Below, in pieces: positions 1 to 11,359 of a stretch of 64,000 bases of DNA. Position numbers and translations under genes: made by a program. Source of the stretch: Candidatus Babeliales bacterium. GTDB lineage: Bacteria > Babelota > Babeliae > Babelales > Vermiphilaceae. The notes beneath the pieces are model-generated. The model was given only the letters and a program-made list of their open reading frames with translations, searched no databases and had not been told where the DNA came from. Numbering within the stretch: position 1 is the stretch's first letter; each line of letters begins with the position of its first letter. The stretch spans positions 160,001 to 224,000 of the forward strand of contig CAVUQO010000003.1 of the NCBI GenBank assembly GCA_963743635.1. The letters are read 5' to 3'.

Positions 1-3000
1 ATATCCTGTTGGCGATACTGCTGTGCCCAGAATCATAAAATTGTTATTTACCGCGTTTACAATTTGTCCTGTAGTAGCCCACGTAATAAGCGATGAAGGA
101 GAACTGGTAAAAAAGCCATTGGTTGTATTATCTATTAGTTTTGTACTATTTAAAACTATATTGCCAGACGATGGATTAATATCATACGCAGTGCCTCCGC
201 TGCTGCTGCTGATTGTTGAATTGTTGACCGTTGTTGTTCCACCGGCATTTTGCACCCCATAAACCGTACTGCCGGATCCTGATGATGCAATAATAGGGCA
301 CGCTGTAAGTGTACATGCAGTGCCGGTATTATAGACGCCAATAGCCTGGCCACTACCAGTTGACGTAGCGGTAATAGAAGATGAATTTACTATAGCCGGT
401 GTAGGCGTATTATAGAGGGCATAAACGTAGCCTCCATTTGTACTTGCAACGCTGATCGGAGATCCATTGATAGTCAATACCCCCGACGTATTATAAACGC
501 CGTAGTTAGCAGCGCCCTGTGAGGCACCGGTATTTGCCGATGATACAGTAATAGGCGATTCATCGATGATAAGCGGGGAGCTGGAGGAAAAATTATTGAT
601 GCCATATACCCGAGCGGTAGTTCCTGATACGTTGATGGGCGATGAGTATATGCTGACGGTTCCCGAACTAGAAAAAACGCCATAAACGAAATAGCTGCCG
701 CCACTAGCGCCTGCAGAAACGGTTATCTTTGATCCTATTATGGTAGACGTTGCTCCATTATTGACTCCCCATATACCAGCATTTGAAGAATTTGAAGAGG
801 TAGCAGTAACCATTATAGGGGAATTAATAATGTTAACGGTACCTGATCCAGGAGTTACTCCCTGTATGCCATTGGCAGTAACGGCGGCAGTAATCGTGAC
901 GGGGGAGTTAATGAGAGATAATGTTCCGCCGCCGCTCGGCGTATATGCGCCGAAGGTCCGCCGTACTTGTAGATGAGATAGTTAGGGGTGATGATGTTAA
1001 GGTAGTTGTTCCGGAACCATTACACTGTATGCCAGTTGTAGTACCACTAGCAGTTCCCGTTGAAACAGTCAGAGGTGATTCATTGAGCCTTGTGTTGGCG
1101 GAGCCAGTAGTATATAAAAAGTATGATGTACTGGAACTAGTGGTTGCCTAATGGTAGTAGCGATAATTAAAGGTAAGGCTGTTGCTGCCTTGCGAATAAA
1201 TAGCATAATAAATTCCTGAACTAGTCATGTTTATGGTTATGGATGATGAGTTTATGGTGCAAGTTCCGTTATTATTTACTCCATACAAAGTAAGAGTGCT
1301 GGAAGAAGATGCGCTAATATTTGAGGTGTTTACACCAACCGTTAATCCTGATGTTTCATTATATAATCAATAGCACGATTGTGCGGTGGCGCCTGAGCTC
1401 GTAGCCGCTATCGAGCAGTTCGTGATATTAAAGTTACCAGAGGCGGCATTAAGGAGCACGCCAGCGATAGTGGCGGTGGATGTGCTAGAAGTACATTGCA
1501 CCGCGATGACGCAATCTTCCAATACGGAAATTTCAGCACCAGGTGTTCCTGTGCTGGTAGAAGAAACGCCGGTCGCCGCTGCGGTACTTGAGGTGCTGAC
1601 ATTCAAGTTGACCGATTTGATTCGCGCGGTAGCTGATTGAGTGCCAGAAAGAGCAATACCCGTTAATGCAAAGGCGCTTGCGGTGCTCAAATTTAAAGAA
1701 ACGTTTTCAAGCCGTGAATATGAAGACATGGTTACTAATGTTGTTGCACTGGTAACGCTGAGCATTTCAAGCGTAACTCCCGAGGTGCCGACGTTGGTGC
1801 CAATGGTTCCGCTCGACGTAACAGTTAATCCCGCTCCTTCTGACATTCCAATTAAGCTTACATATGATGGTATCGTTATGCCGGCGGCGAGACTATAAAT
1901 GCCTGGCATTACCCAAATAACAATGGGATTGCTTGCGGAAGCTGGAAAACTTGATGCAGCAGTAATGGCAGCACCGATTGTTAGAAATGGTGCGCCATTT
2001 ATAGCTCCCGTACTATCATTTCCATTCACCGCATCAACACGCGCAACGTTACCAAGAACGGATACGCTCTGATACTCAGTGATCCCGCGCCAGTTGCATA
2101 CACAATAGACTTATCCGGAGTTGTGAGGTATGCAAAAACCGGATTGGCGCCCGTTGAGCCGAGCAAGACTTGTCCATTATTGCCAACGGGAATAGAGGTT
2201 AAATTTCCCGAACTGTTACCGACTTGCACGGCGAAAGGAGTCGTTGCTTGTGATGATACCACGCCCGTTGCGTTGGTGCTCATGACGCCGGTGCCGAGTG
2301 AGTTGAGTATAGTAGTTCCTGTAACATTGAGTCCGCCGGCAGTTGCAATCAATCCATTGCTTGCAGTGATAGTGTTGGATGCATTAATCCTGCCCGTTAC
2401 ATTGAGATTACCAAACATATTGAGATTTCCGGTCATATTGAGATTGCCCGGCACATTCAAATTTCCGGTCATATTGAGATTGCCCGTCATATTGAGACTG
2501 CCCATTGAGCTGATGCCGCCAGCATTTACCGTTAAGCCGCCCGCAGTTGCAATGAGTCCATTGCCTGCAGTAACCGATCCAGAAACTGATGGGCTATTTA
2601 CTAAATTGACGCCAACAGTATTTCCCGATCCGGTGGTGGTGATATTTGATCCACCAGTAATATTAAGAGCACCGGCAGATGGAACTGCAGTTCCTGAGTT
2701 TGTAGGGAATGAAGCAGGAATGGTGCCTGAAGTTTCCAAATCAAGACTGTTTGCGCCGGGTGTGAAAGTAATGGTATTGCCGGTAGAAGTGAGTGAAGCA
2801 AACGCAGGAGCAGCACTCGTTGAGCCGATGAGAACTTGTCCGTTACCGCCAACGGCAATTGAGGTTAAATTTCCTGCTGCATTACCAATTTGCACGGCAT
2901 TGGCAGTCGTTGCTTTTGATGGTATTACGCCCGTTGGACTGGCGCTCATGACGCCCGCGCCGAGTGAGTTCAGTATAGCAGTCCCCGTAACATTGAGTCC

Positions 3001-4250
3001 GCCGGCAGTCGCAATCAATCCATTGCCTGCAGTCACTGATCCAGAAACTGACGGGCTATTTACTAAAGTGACGCCAACAGTATTTCCCGATCCGGTGGTA
3101 GTGATATTTGATGCACCAGTAATATTAAGAACACCGGCAGATGGAACTGCAGTTCCTGAGTTTGTAGGGAATGAAGCAGGAATGGTGCCTGAAGTTTCCA
3201 AATCAAGACTGTTTGCGCCGGGTGTAAAAGTAATGGTGCTTGATGTTAAATTTGCAAACGCAGGAGCAGCGCCTGCTGCGCCGATGAGAATTTGTCCGTT
3301 GCCGCCCACACCAAGAGATGTTAAATTTCCTGCTGCATTACCAATTTGCACGGCATTGGCAGTCGTTGCTTTTGATGGTATTACACCCGTTGGACTGGCG
3401 CTCATGACGCCCGCGCTGAGTGAGTTCAATATAGTAGTTCCCGTAACATGGAGTCCGCCCGCAGTTGCAATCAATCCATTGCCTGCGGTTACTGATCCAG
3501 AAACTGATGGGCTATTTACTAAATTGACGCCAACAGTATTTCCCGATCCGGTGGTAGTTATATTTGATCCACCAGTAATATTAAGAACGCCGGCAGATGG
3601 AATTGCAGTTCCTGAATTCGTAGGAAATGAGTCAGGAATGCTGCCAGTAGTGCTGATCGTGACCATAGAGTCTGAGCCACTGGTAGTGATATTTGATCCG
3701 CCAACGATATTAATATTGGCCGCAGCAGGAAAAGCTGATCCATTATTAGTGTTGCAAAGAAAGATTGTTCTTTTTTCCGCGGCGATCTCATCGATATCAA
3801 ATTCTCGCTCAATAATCACCTGTGGATAATGTGCGTGATCAGTTTATCAAGATACGTTTGCAAGATATTGATGGTCTTATTCTCAGGATCGATTGTTTTG
3901 AGTGCTGATTGTTCAAGGAGATTAATCAATGCTGTAATGGTTACCGAAAGGAGCTCAAGCGAGTGAATGTGCTGCGCTTCCTTCAGAAAAAGCGTGAGAT
4001 CTATACGCTTATCAAGTTCTGGATATTGAGATCTGAGTGATTCAATTGCATTTTTGATGGAATCGGGAATGTAGGCAAAAGTGATCTCAGAATGTTCAAG
4101 CATGAAGATGCGATCTGCATCGGTAAGATATTTTTTTGGTGTGGCAATGTTTGCTGCAAAAGTGCTGAGTGCCGGCTCGCTCATGCCATCACAAGAGAAA
4201 ATGGCGGTTAAATAGAGAAGAGTCCATAATAATGTATTGATTTTCTTCAT
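1..4250 (-). pseudogene. Interrupted paralog of the 1539-aa fibre/adhesin gene; runs off the left edge
   Basis: ORFs 3816-4250, 2026-3819, 1367-2029 and further fragments are colinear with 4277-8896. Breaks: frameshift ~3830, GG vs GGG at ~2059, in-frame TGA at 1367-1369, more indels near 1160 and 955. Positions 1-300 match 4543-4860. May be intact in vivo (sequence errors). Confidence 0.75.
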
Positions 4251-4276
4251 GCAGTTCCCTTTTTTATAAAACTCTT

Positions 4277-7200
4277 TTAATACATTTCTACGGTTGCAGT
4301 GATGACGCCCACTCCGGTTCCACCAGTCATAAACATATTGATCCGATCGCCTCCAGCGCAGCTGACAACGTTGGTGTTATTAAGGGCGTAACCGGTAGTT
4401 CCCAGCGTAGTAGTGAGTGATGTGGCACTGCCATTTTTATATACCGTAAAGGTAGGCCCAGTAGCAGAAATAGCGGAAGTAGCTACCAAGTTTTTAAGAA
4501 CGAGCGCATGAGGAGCAGTGAGGCCTACGCCAGTGGCGTTAGTATATCCAGTTGGCGATACTGATGTGCCCGGGATCAAGAAACAACCAGCAGATGAGCC
4601 AGACGCAATTTGTCCTGTAGTGGCCCATGAAAGCAGTGATGAAGGAGAGCTGGTAAAAAAGCCAGTCGATGGCGTTGTATTATCTACCAGTTTTGTACTA
4701 TTTAAAACTATATTGCCAGTTGATGATGATGGATTAATATCATACGGAGTAGTGCCTCCGCTGCCGCTGATTGTTGAATTGTTGATGGTTGTTGTTGTTC
4801 CACCGGCAGCATTTTGCACACCATAAACCGTACTGCCTGTTCCTGATGATGCAATAATAGGAGATGCGGTAAGTGTGCATGCAGTACCGGTATTATAGAC
4901 GCCAATAGCTTGACCAGTTCCTGTTGAAGTCGCTGTAATAGAAGATGTACGTATTGTGGTCGGCGTGCTTGTATTATAAAAACCATAAACCCAACCTACA
5001 CCTGAAGTTGAGACGCTCATGGGTGATGCATCAATAGTAAATGTTCCGGCTGTATTAGAAACGCCATAGTTGGCGCCTGGTTGAGTAGTAGTAGCGTTTG
5101 TAGATGATGCCGTAATCGGCGATTCATAGACGCTGCACGCTGTACCAGCATTTGATATGCCATATACTTGGGCGGTAGTTGCTCCTGTTACACTCATGGG
5201 CGATGTATAGATATTCATAGTGCCGGCTGTATTTTGCGCTCCATAGAGAGTTCCCGTGCCTGATGAAACGGTCATATTAGATCCCGCTAGAGTAAACGTT
5301 GTGCCGCTATTAAATACACCCCATGCCAGCCCGCCGCCTGTTGTAGTAGCAGTAATGGGTGAATTGTTGATGGTGCACGTTGTTGCCGTGTTATAGACGC
5401 CATAGACGGTAGCAGTACTTGTTGAGGTAGCGCTTATGGGCGATGAGTATATGTTGACGGTTCCCGCAGTAGTGGCATTTACTGCATATGTGGTGCTGGT
5501 TGCTAATGAAGATGATGCGGTAATGGGTGAGTTGTTGATCGTTATGCTGTTGCTAGCACTTCCTGCTGGTTGGGCTATTCCGGTTACTACAACAGAACTT
5601 CCACTACTATTAGTACAGGTGACTGTAATAGGAGATGAGTTTATTGCCATTGAAGCATTGGAGATGGTATTATCAACTCCCGTTATAGTCGTGGCAGTCC
5701 CTGAGCTTGATACCGTCACCGGTGATGCATTCAGTGTGTTAACGCCGCTTTCTATGCCATATATATTTGAGGCGCCGGTTGAAGACACGTTTATTTGTGA
5801 ATTATTTACGGTTATTGTATAGCCGGTGCTAGTGCCAGGTGCTAAAATGCCCCATGCTGTTCCAGAACTCGGAGTTGATGTTGAGAGACTAATATTAGAA
5901 TTATTTATTATGGTGCTGGAGGTGGTTGCGCTGTATATAACGGCTATGCCGGCAGATGGGGGAATGGTTTGTGTCCCAGAGAGCGCAACGTTTATAGAGC
6001 AGTTGGTGATGTTAAAATTGCCAGCGCCATTACCTCCAGTTACTCCGAGATTATTATATATGCCATAGGTGATGCGCCCCAGATTAGAGGCTTGAATCGC
6101 TATGGTACAATCTTCCAATACTGATATTTCGGGCCCGGGCGTTCCTTTCGAGTTATTCAGAACACCGTAGACGTTGCCTATATTAGTTCCATTCCCGGTA
6201 ACGGTCATATTAAGATTAACCGATTTAATACGGGCGGTAGCGCTCACGGTGCCCGGCGTGCTCGTAGTACCGAGCTGTATGCCGACATCATTAGTGGGTG
6301 TTGTGTTTGTGAATGATAGATCATTGATAATTAAATTCACATTTTCAAGGCGGGAATAATCTGTCATAGTGACCAGTGTAATCCCGTTTGGATTGTTTGG
6401 TGATTGAATGGTAACTCCCGAAGTGCCGACATTGGTGCCGATGGTTCCGCCAGAAGTAACGGTTGATCCGGCGCCTTCTGAAAGCCCAATAAGACTGACG
6501 TATGATGGTATTGTTATGCCGGCGGCGAGAATATAAACGCCTGGCATAACCCAAATAACTACGGGAGTGGAACTTGTTGCTACTGCGCTTGCAGCAGTTA
6601 TAGCAGCGCCGATTGTTAGAAATGGTGCGCCATTTATAGCTCCCGTACTATCATTTCCATTCACCGCATCAACACGCGCAACGTTACCAAGAACGGGATA
6701 CGCTCTGACACTTAATGATCCAGCGCCAGTTGCATACACGATAGAATTATCCGGGGATGTGAGGTATGCAAAAACCGGATTGGCGCCTGTTGAGCCGAGC
6801 AAGACTTGTCCATTATTGCCAACAGCAAGAGAGCTTAAAGTTCCCGAACTGTTACCGACTTGCACGGCGAAAGGAGTTGTTGTTTGTGATGATACCACGC
6901 CCGTTGCGTTGGTGCTCATGACGCCAGTGCCGAGTGAGTTCAGTATAGTAGTGCCCGTAACATTGAGTCCGCCGGCAGTTGCAATCAATCCATTGCTTGC
7001 AGTGATGGTGTTGGATGCATTGATGGTGCCCGTGACATTGAGATTACCAAACATATTCAAATTGCCGGTCATATTGAGATTGCCGGTTAAGTTCAGATTG
7101 CCGGTCATGTTGAGATTACCGGTCATATTGAGATTGCCAATTGAGCTGATGCCGCCGGCATTTACCGTTAATCCGCCCGCAGTTGCAATCAATCCATCGC

Positions 7201-8896
7201 CTGCAGTAACCGATCCAGAAACTGATGGGCTATTTACTAAATTGACGCCAACGGTGTTTCCCGATCCGGTGGTAGTTATATTGGAGCCACCGGTAATATT
7301 AAGAACACCGGCAGATGGAACTGCAGTTCCTGAACTCGTAGGAAATGAGTCAGGAATAGAGCCCGCAGTTTCTAAATCAAGACTGTTTGCACCGGGCGTG
7401 AAAGCAATGGTGTTGCCGGTAGAAGTGAGTGTAGCAAACGCAGGATTAGCGCCTGTTGCGCCGATGAGAACTTGCCCGTTACCGCCAACGGCAATTGAGG
7501 TTAAATTTCCTGCTGCATTACCAATTTGCACGGCATTGGCAGTCGTTGCTTTTGATGATACCACGCCCGTTGCACTGGTACTCATGATGCCGGTACCGAG
7601 TGAATTCAGTATAGTAGTCCCCGTAACATTGAGCCCGCCGGCAGTTGCAATCAATCCATTGCCTGCAGTCACTGATCCAGAAACTGATGGGCTATTTACT
7701 AAATTAACGCCAACAGTATTTCCCGATCCGGTGGTGGTGATATTTGATCCACCAGTAATATTAAGAACACCGGCAGATGGAACTGCAGTTCCTGAGTTTG
7801 TAGGGAATGAAGCAGGAATGGTGCCTGAAGTTTCCAAATCAAGACTGTTTGCGCCGGGTGTGAAAGTAATGGTATTGCCGGTAGAAGTGAGTGAAGCAAA
7901 TGCGGGTGCAGCACCCGTTGCGCCGATGAGAACTTGTCCATTATTACCAACACCAAGAGATGTTAAATTTCCTGCCGCATTACCAATTTGCACGGCATTG
8001 GCAGTCGTTGCTTTTGATGATACCACCCCCGTTGCATTGGTACTCATGATGCCGGTGCCGAGTGAGTTCAGTATAGTAGTACCCGTAACGTTGAGTCCGC
8101 TCGCGGTTGCAATCAATCCATTGCCTGCAGTCACTGATCCAGAAACTGATGGGCTATTTACTAAATTGACGCCAACGGTATTTCCCGATCCGGTGGTAGT
8201 TATATTTGATCCACCAGTAATATTAAGAACGCCGGCAGATGGAATTGCAGTTCCTGAATTCGTAGGAAATGAGTCAGGAATGGTGCCTGCAGTGTTGATC
8301 GTGACCGTAGAGTCTGACCCACTGGTAGTGATATTTGATCCGCCGACGATATTAATATTGGCCGCAGCAGGAAAAGCTGATCCATTATTAGTGTTGTAGA
8401 GAAAGATTGTTCTTTTTTCCGCGGCGATCTCATCGATATCAAATTCTCGCTCAATAATCACCTGCGAATCATGTGCGATCAGTTTATCAAGATACGTTTG
8501 CAAGATATCGATTGTTTTATTTTCCGGATCAATTGTTTTGAGTTCTGATTCTGCAAGAAGTTCAATCAATGCCGCTATCGTTGCGCTGAGAACATTAAAT
8601 GAGTGGACGTGCCGCGTAGTCTGCAGAAAGAGCGTGAGATCTATGCGAGTGTCAAGTTCAGGATATTGAGATCTGAGTGATTCAATGGCCTTTTTGATGG
8701 TATCGGGAATGTAGGCAAAGTGGACATCGGCGTTTTCACGCATAAAAATGCGATCTGCATCGGAAATATATTTTTTTGATGTGGAAATAGTTGCTGCAAA
8801 AGTGCTGAGTGTAGACTCGCTATTGCTATCGAACGAGCAAAAGGTTCCTAAAAATATGAATATCAATAACAATAATAATGTACATTTTTTCATCAA
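4277..8896 (-). CDS. Exported fibre/adhesin: signal peptide, pro-domain, ~154-aa tail-fibre-like repeats, GNLNMT hexapeptides, beta-helix-like head, C-terminal beta-rich domain
   Basis: 1539-aa ORF with AAGGAA RBS; FPTxSGTAxP repeats; VDAVNGNDSTG...PFLTIGAA motif typical of the start of pectin-lyase-like beta-helices; Gly/Ser/Thr rich. Confidence 0.85.
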   Translation of the reverse strand: MMKKCTLLLLLIFIFLGTFCSFDSNSESTLSTFAATISTSKKYISDADRIFMRENADVHFAYIPDTIKKAIESLRSQYPELDTRIDLTLFLQTTRHVHSFNVLSATIAALIELLAESELKTIDPENKTIDILQTYLDKLIAHDSQVIIEREFDIDEIAAEKRTIFLYNTNNGSAFPAAANINIVGGSNITTSGSDSTVTINTAGTIPDSFPTNSGTAIPSAGVLNITGGSNITTTGSGNTVGVNLVNSPSVSGSVTAGNGLIATASGLNVTGTTILNSLGTGIMSTNATGVVSSKATTANAVQIGNAAGNLTSLGVGNNGQVLIGATGAAPAFASLTSTGNTITFTPGANSLDLETSGTIPASFPTNSGTAVPSAGVLNITGGSNITTTGSGNTVGVNLVNSPSVSGSVTAGNGLIATAGGLNVTGTTILNSLGTGIMSTSATGVVSSKATTANAVQIGNAAGNLTSIAVGGNGQVLIGATGANPAFATLTSTGNTIAFTPGANSLDLETAGSIPDSFPTSSGTAVPSAGVLNITGGSNITTTGSGNTVGVNLVNSPSVSGSVTAGDGLIATAGGLTVNAGGISSIGNLNMTGNLNMTGNLNLTGNLNMTGNLNMFGNLNVTGTINASNTITASNGLIATAGGLNVTGTTILNSLGTGVMSTNATGVVSSQTTTPFAVQVGNSSGTLSSLAVGNNGQVLLGSTGANPVFAYLTSPDNSIVYATGAGSLSVRAYPVLGNVARVDAVNGNDSTGAINGAPFLTIGAAITAASAVATSSTPVVIWVMPGVYILAAGITIPSYVSLIGLSEGAGSTVTSGGTIGTNVGTSGVTIQSPNNPNGITLVTMTDYSRLENVNLIINDLSFTNTTPTNDVGIQLGTTSTPGTVSATARIKSVNLNMTVTGNGTNIGNVYGVLNNSKGTPGPEISVLEDCTIAIQASNLGRITYGIYNNLGVTGGNGAGNFNITNCSINVALSGTQTIPPSAGIAVIYSATTSSTIINNSNISLSTSTPSSGTAWGILAPGTSTGYTITVNNSQINVSSTGASNIYGIESGVNTLNASPVTVSSSGTATTITGVDNTISNASMAINSSPITVTCTNSSGSSVVVTGIAQPAGSASNSITINNSPITASSSLATSTTYAVNATTAGTVNIYSSPISATSTSTATVYGVYNTATTCTINNSPITATTTGGGLAWGVFNSGTTFTLAGSNMTVSSGTGTLYGAQNTAGTMNIYTSPMSVTGATTAQVYGISNAGTACSVYESPITASSTNATTTQPGANYGVSNTAGTFTIDASPMSVSTSGVGWVYGFYNTSTPTTIRTSSITATSTGTGQAIGVYNTGTACTLTASPIIASSGTGSTVYGVQNAAGGTTTTINNSTISGSGGTTPYDINPSSSTGNIVLNSTKLVDNTTPSTGFFTSSPSSLLSWATTGQIASGSSAGCFLIPGTSVSPTGYTNATGVGLTAPHALVLKNLVATSAISATGPTFTVYKNGSATSLTTTLGTTGYALNNTNVVSCAGGDRINMFMTGGTGVGVITATVEMY
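6720..8290 (-). repeat. Intragenic ~462-bp tandem repeats (3 units, the third interrupted by 18-bp GNLNMT repeats); same layout at ~2090-3640
   Basis: Near-identical DNA blocks recur at ~8266, ~7804, ~7342 and ~3624, ~3168, ~2706. Confidence 0.9.
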
Positions 8897-8914
8897 CCGT
8901 TCCTTTTTTAATTC

Positions 8915-8939
8915 TTTTTAAGAACGTAACAATTTTATG
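8915..8939 (-). promoter_or_regulatory. Putative extended -10 promoter of the fibre gene; exact copy at 25520-25544
   Basis: Minus strand CATAAAATTGTTACGTTCTTAAAAA (TGnTACGTT); related AATTGTTATATTGAAAAA upstream of the 15514 gene. Confidence 0.5.
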
Positions 8940-9194
8940 CTCTATTTGCCCAGTTTTTTGATATGTTCCATGATTTTTGCATACTACAATAAAAATAAAT
9001 GCGGCACAATATTAGCCATTAGTGCCTGTATTATCTGTTCTTCTTGCTTTTTGCATCGAGCGTTGCGGCTCAGAAGAGACAAGCTCAATCTTAAATATAA
9101 AACTCATCATTGCTCTTCACGAGTTGCTTTGTTATATAGTATTCAAGTTTAATCCAAACATGTACGTACTATGTTTTAAAAAAGGAGCAATCGC

Positions 9195-9836
9195 ATGATG
9201 AAGCAAAGAATATCTCTCGGCAGCTTAATAATGGCCATAATATTGAGTAATACTTTGTATGGCGCTGGCGCAGTGAGTTCAGCAAATTCCACTATAGACT
9301 TCCCTCATGATCAGGCATACATCAATACGAACTATCCCACTATTATTGGCACACTGCGTGATGATAATGGCAATCCGGTTACGAGTGAAACGGTGCAAAT
9401 TATACTCGATGGTTATTCCATTGGCAGTGCAACATCAGATGGAAATGGTATCTATCGATTTCCCGTATCGCAGGCATTGCCCGATGGACAATATCAACTT
9501 TCAATCTTTTGCGTAGAATCCCAAGTAATTATAGAATCCAATCAATTTAATATTGATACCATCGCGCCTTCTATCACCATCACCTATCCGCAAGATGGTC
9601 AAGCCATCACCACCAATTCCGTACTCTTTGCGGGTACTACTGAACAAAATGCAATGGTTATGGTTTTTGTTGACGCAGATATGTTTGGCAACATATGTTA
9701 TGCCGATGAAAATGGAAACTGGTCTATTGAGTATGAGTTAGAGAATGGTAATCACACGATTGCAGCACAAGCAACTGATATAGCGGGCAATCAGGGATAT
9801 ATGTCTGATGTAATCAATTTTTCAGTGAATTATTAA
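9195..9836 (+). CDS. Exported Ig-like domain protein (2 domains)
   Basis: AAGGAG RBS, signal peptide, DTIAPSITITYP and ATDIAGN motifs of bacterial Ig-like repeats. Confidence 0.85.
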   Translation: MMKQRISLGSLIMAIILSNTLYGAGAVSSANSTIDFPHDQAYINTNYPTIIGTLRDDNGNPVTSETVQIILDGYSIGSATSDGNGIYRFPVSQALPDGQYQLSIFCVESQVIIESNQFNIDTIAPSITITYPQDGQAITTNSVLFAGTTEQNAMVMVFVDADMFGNICYADENGNWSIEYELENGNHTIAAQATDIAGNQGYMSDVINFSVNY

Positions 9837-9837
9837 T

Positions 9838-9957
9838 CCGCCGCCACTTCGATGGCGCACGGCCACGCCGAAATGCAATGGAGGTGGGTGATAAATCCGC
9901 CGTCGCACATAGTGCTATGGCGCGATAAATCCTCCGCCTGCCTCGACGTAAGAAGGT
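9838..9957. repeat. GC-rich palindromic intergenic element (second REP-like type)
   Basis: Imperfect hairpins CCACGCCGAAATGCAATGGAGGTGG and CCGCCGTCGCACATAGTGCTATGGCG, each followed by GATAAATCC. Confidence 0.45.
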
Positions 9958-10032
9958 CGCGTTAAAAAGGAAAGGGATGTGTATCTCACTAATTCGTTTG
10001 TACTTATCATTGTTCAATAAAAGGAACTTTTT

Positions 10033-10998
10033 ATGTTTATAAAAAATAATATCTCAAAAATAGTTGCATTATCGCTCATTGCATCAACGATTCATGCGGT
10101 ATCGCTTGATCCTCTTTTTTCATTTGTTGCCTCTCCACGTTTGCACGATACGATCGTGGTGCGTGGACCAGTGGTAATGGGCGTGGTTACTGATACGAGT
10201 GGCAAGCCAGTAAGAAATAAATTAGTAACGGTTTACGTTGATAAACGTAAAGTGGCGGTGGTGCCAACTAATAATCATGGTGTATGGTCATATACCCTGA
10301 ATCAAGCGCAATATCTGCAAGACAGTGCGCATATGGTGGAAGCGTGCGTAACGTTGTCTGCAACAAATATGGTGTGGACGCAGGCAACAATGTTTACGGT
10401 GCAAGCATCGCGGCAAGCTACGCATAGATCTGGCAATGTAAATGTTGCTAATTCTGTAATCAATTTCCCATTTGGGTACGTCAATACGACGACTCCAATT
10501 ATAGTCGGCAGTTTGTTAGATGCGGGATATAACCCAGTGGGTAGTGAAACAGTTAACGTACAAATAAATGGCGTTACCGTTGGAACGGTTACTTCTGATA
10601 GCAATGGCGTATTCTCATATCCGGTTGCCACCGCGTTAGCTGAAGGTAATTACACGGTCGGAGCACAGTGCGTGCAATCTGCAGTTGATTTAACGATCAA
10701 TGATTTCACGGTTGATATAACGCCACCCGTTGCACCAATCATAACCTATCCTGCTCAAAATAGTACGCTTACAACCACTGATGTGATAATTACCGGGGTT
10801 ACTGAGCCAAATGCAACGGTTACGATTTATCTCGATGGTAATACCTTTGGTGATATCAGTTATGCAGATGGATATGGTAACTGGTCTATGGAATATATCT
10901 TAAATGATGGGTTCCATTCGGTGAATGCGCAAGCAACTGACTTGGCGAATAATACTGGTCCAGTATGCACTACCATCAATTTTAACGTGAATGCGTGA
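10033..10998 (+). CDS. Exported Ig-like domain protein (3 domains)
   Basis: AAGGA RBS, signal peptide; paralog of 9195 and 11360 genes. Confidence 0.85.
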   Translation: MFIKNNISKIVALSLIASTIHAVSLDPLFSFVASPRLHDTIVVRGPVVMGVVTDTSGKPVRNKLVTVYVDKRKVAVVPTNNHGVWSYTLNQAQYLQDSAHMVEACVTLSATNMVWTQATMFTVQASRQATHRSGNVNVANSVINFPFGYVNTTTPIIVGSLLDAGYNPVGSETVNVQINGVTVGTVTSDSNGVFSYPVATALAEGNYTVGAQCVQSAVDLTINDFTVDITPPVAPIITYPAQNSTLTTTDVIITGVTEPNATVTIYLDGNTFGDISYADGYGNWSMEYILNDGFHSVNAQATDLANNTGPVCTTINFNVNA

Positions 10999-11096
10999 AG
11001 AGAAAGAAAAGAGCATATTAAGAAGCGCTGTTATGAGATAAGGTGAATTAAAATTGAACCTATTTTTTTTTTACGATAAAATACAAAACTTTTTCC

Positions 11097-11270
11097 CCGT
11101 TCGCCCTGAGTGTTTTTCATTGCCACGCTTGCGAGGAATGAAAAATGTGCCGAATGGGTTAGGGGTAAAAGGGCTTTGGATTTTATTATAAATAACAGTC
11201 ATAATTTGATTCCGTATCACCCATTCGATACATTTCGATCCATGCGGATCGAAACACTCAGGGCGAACGG
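11097..11270. repeat. Inverted REP-like pair (arms 11097-11158 and 11220-11270) with different hairpins inside each arm
   Basis: CCGTTCGCCCTGAGTG-[hairpin]-TGTGCCGAATGGG and its reverse-complement counterpart. Confidence 0.85.
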
Positions 11271-11359
11271 AGACGACAATCTCTTTGGGCGAATATTGCT
11301 TTCTGGATCAATTGAATAAGAAACGATATATCAGAATGTTTTTAATAATAAGGAAATTC

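Noticed and set aside
1367..1369. TGA at a Gly-like position suggesting genetic code 25
   Set aside because: TGA is a normal stop elsewhere (10996-10998, 28297-28299, 49935-49937) and long genes have no in-frame TGA
2123..8399. Long plus-strand ORFs (568 aa, 610 aa) and similar ones opposite the fibre genes
   Set aside because: Antisense shadows of repetitive Gly/Thr/Asn coding sequence; no RBS or signal, and they mirror the sense repeats
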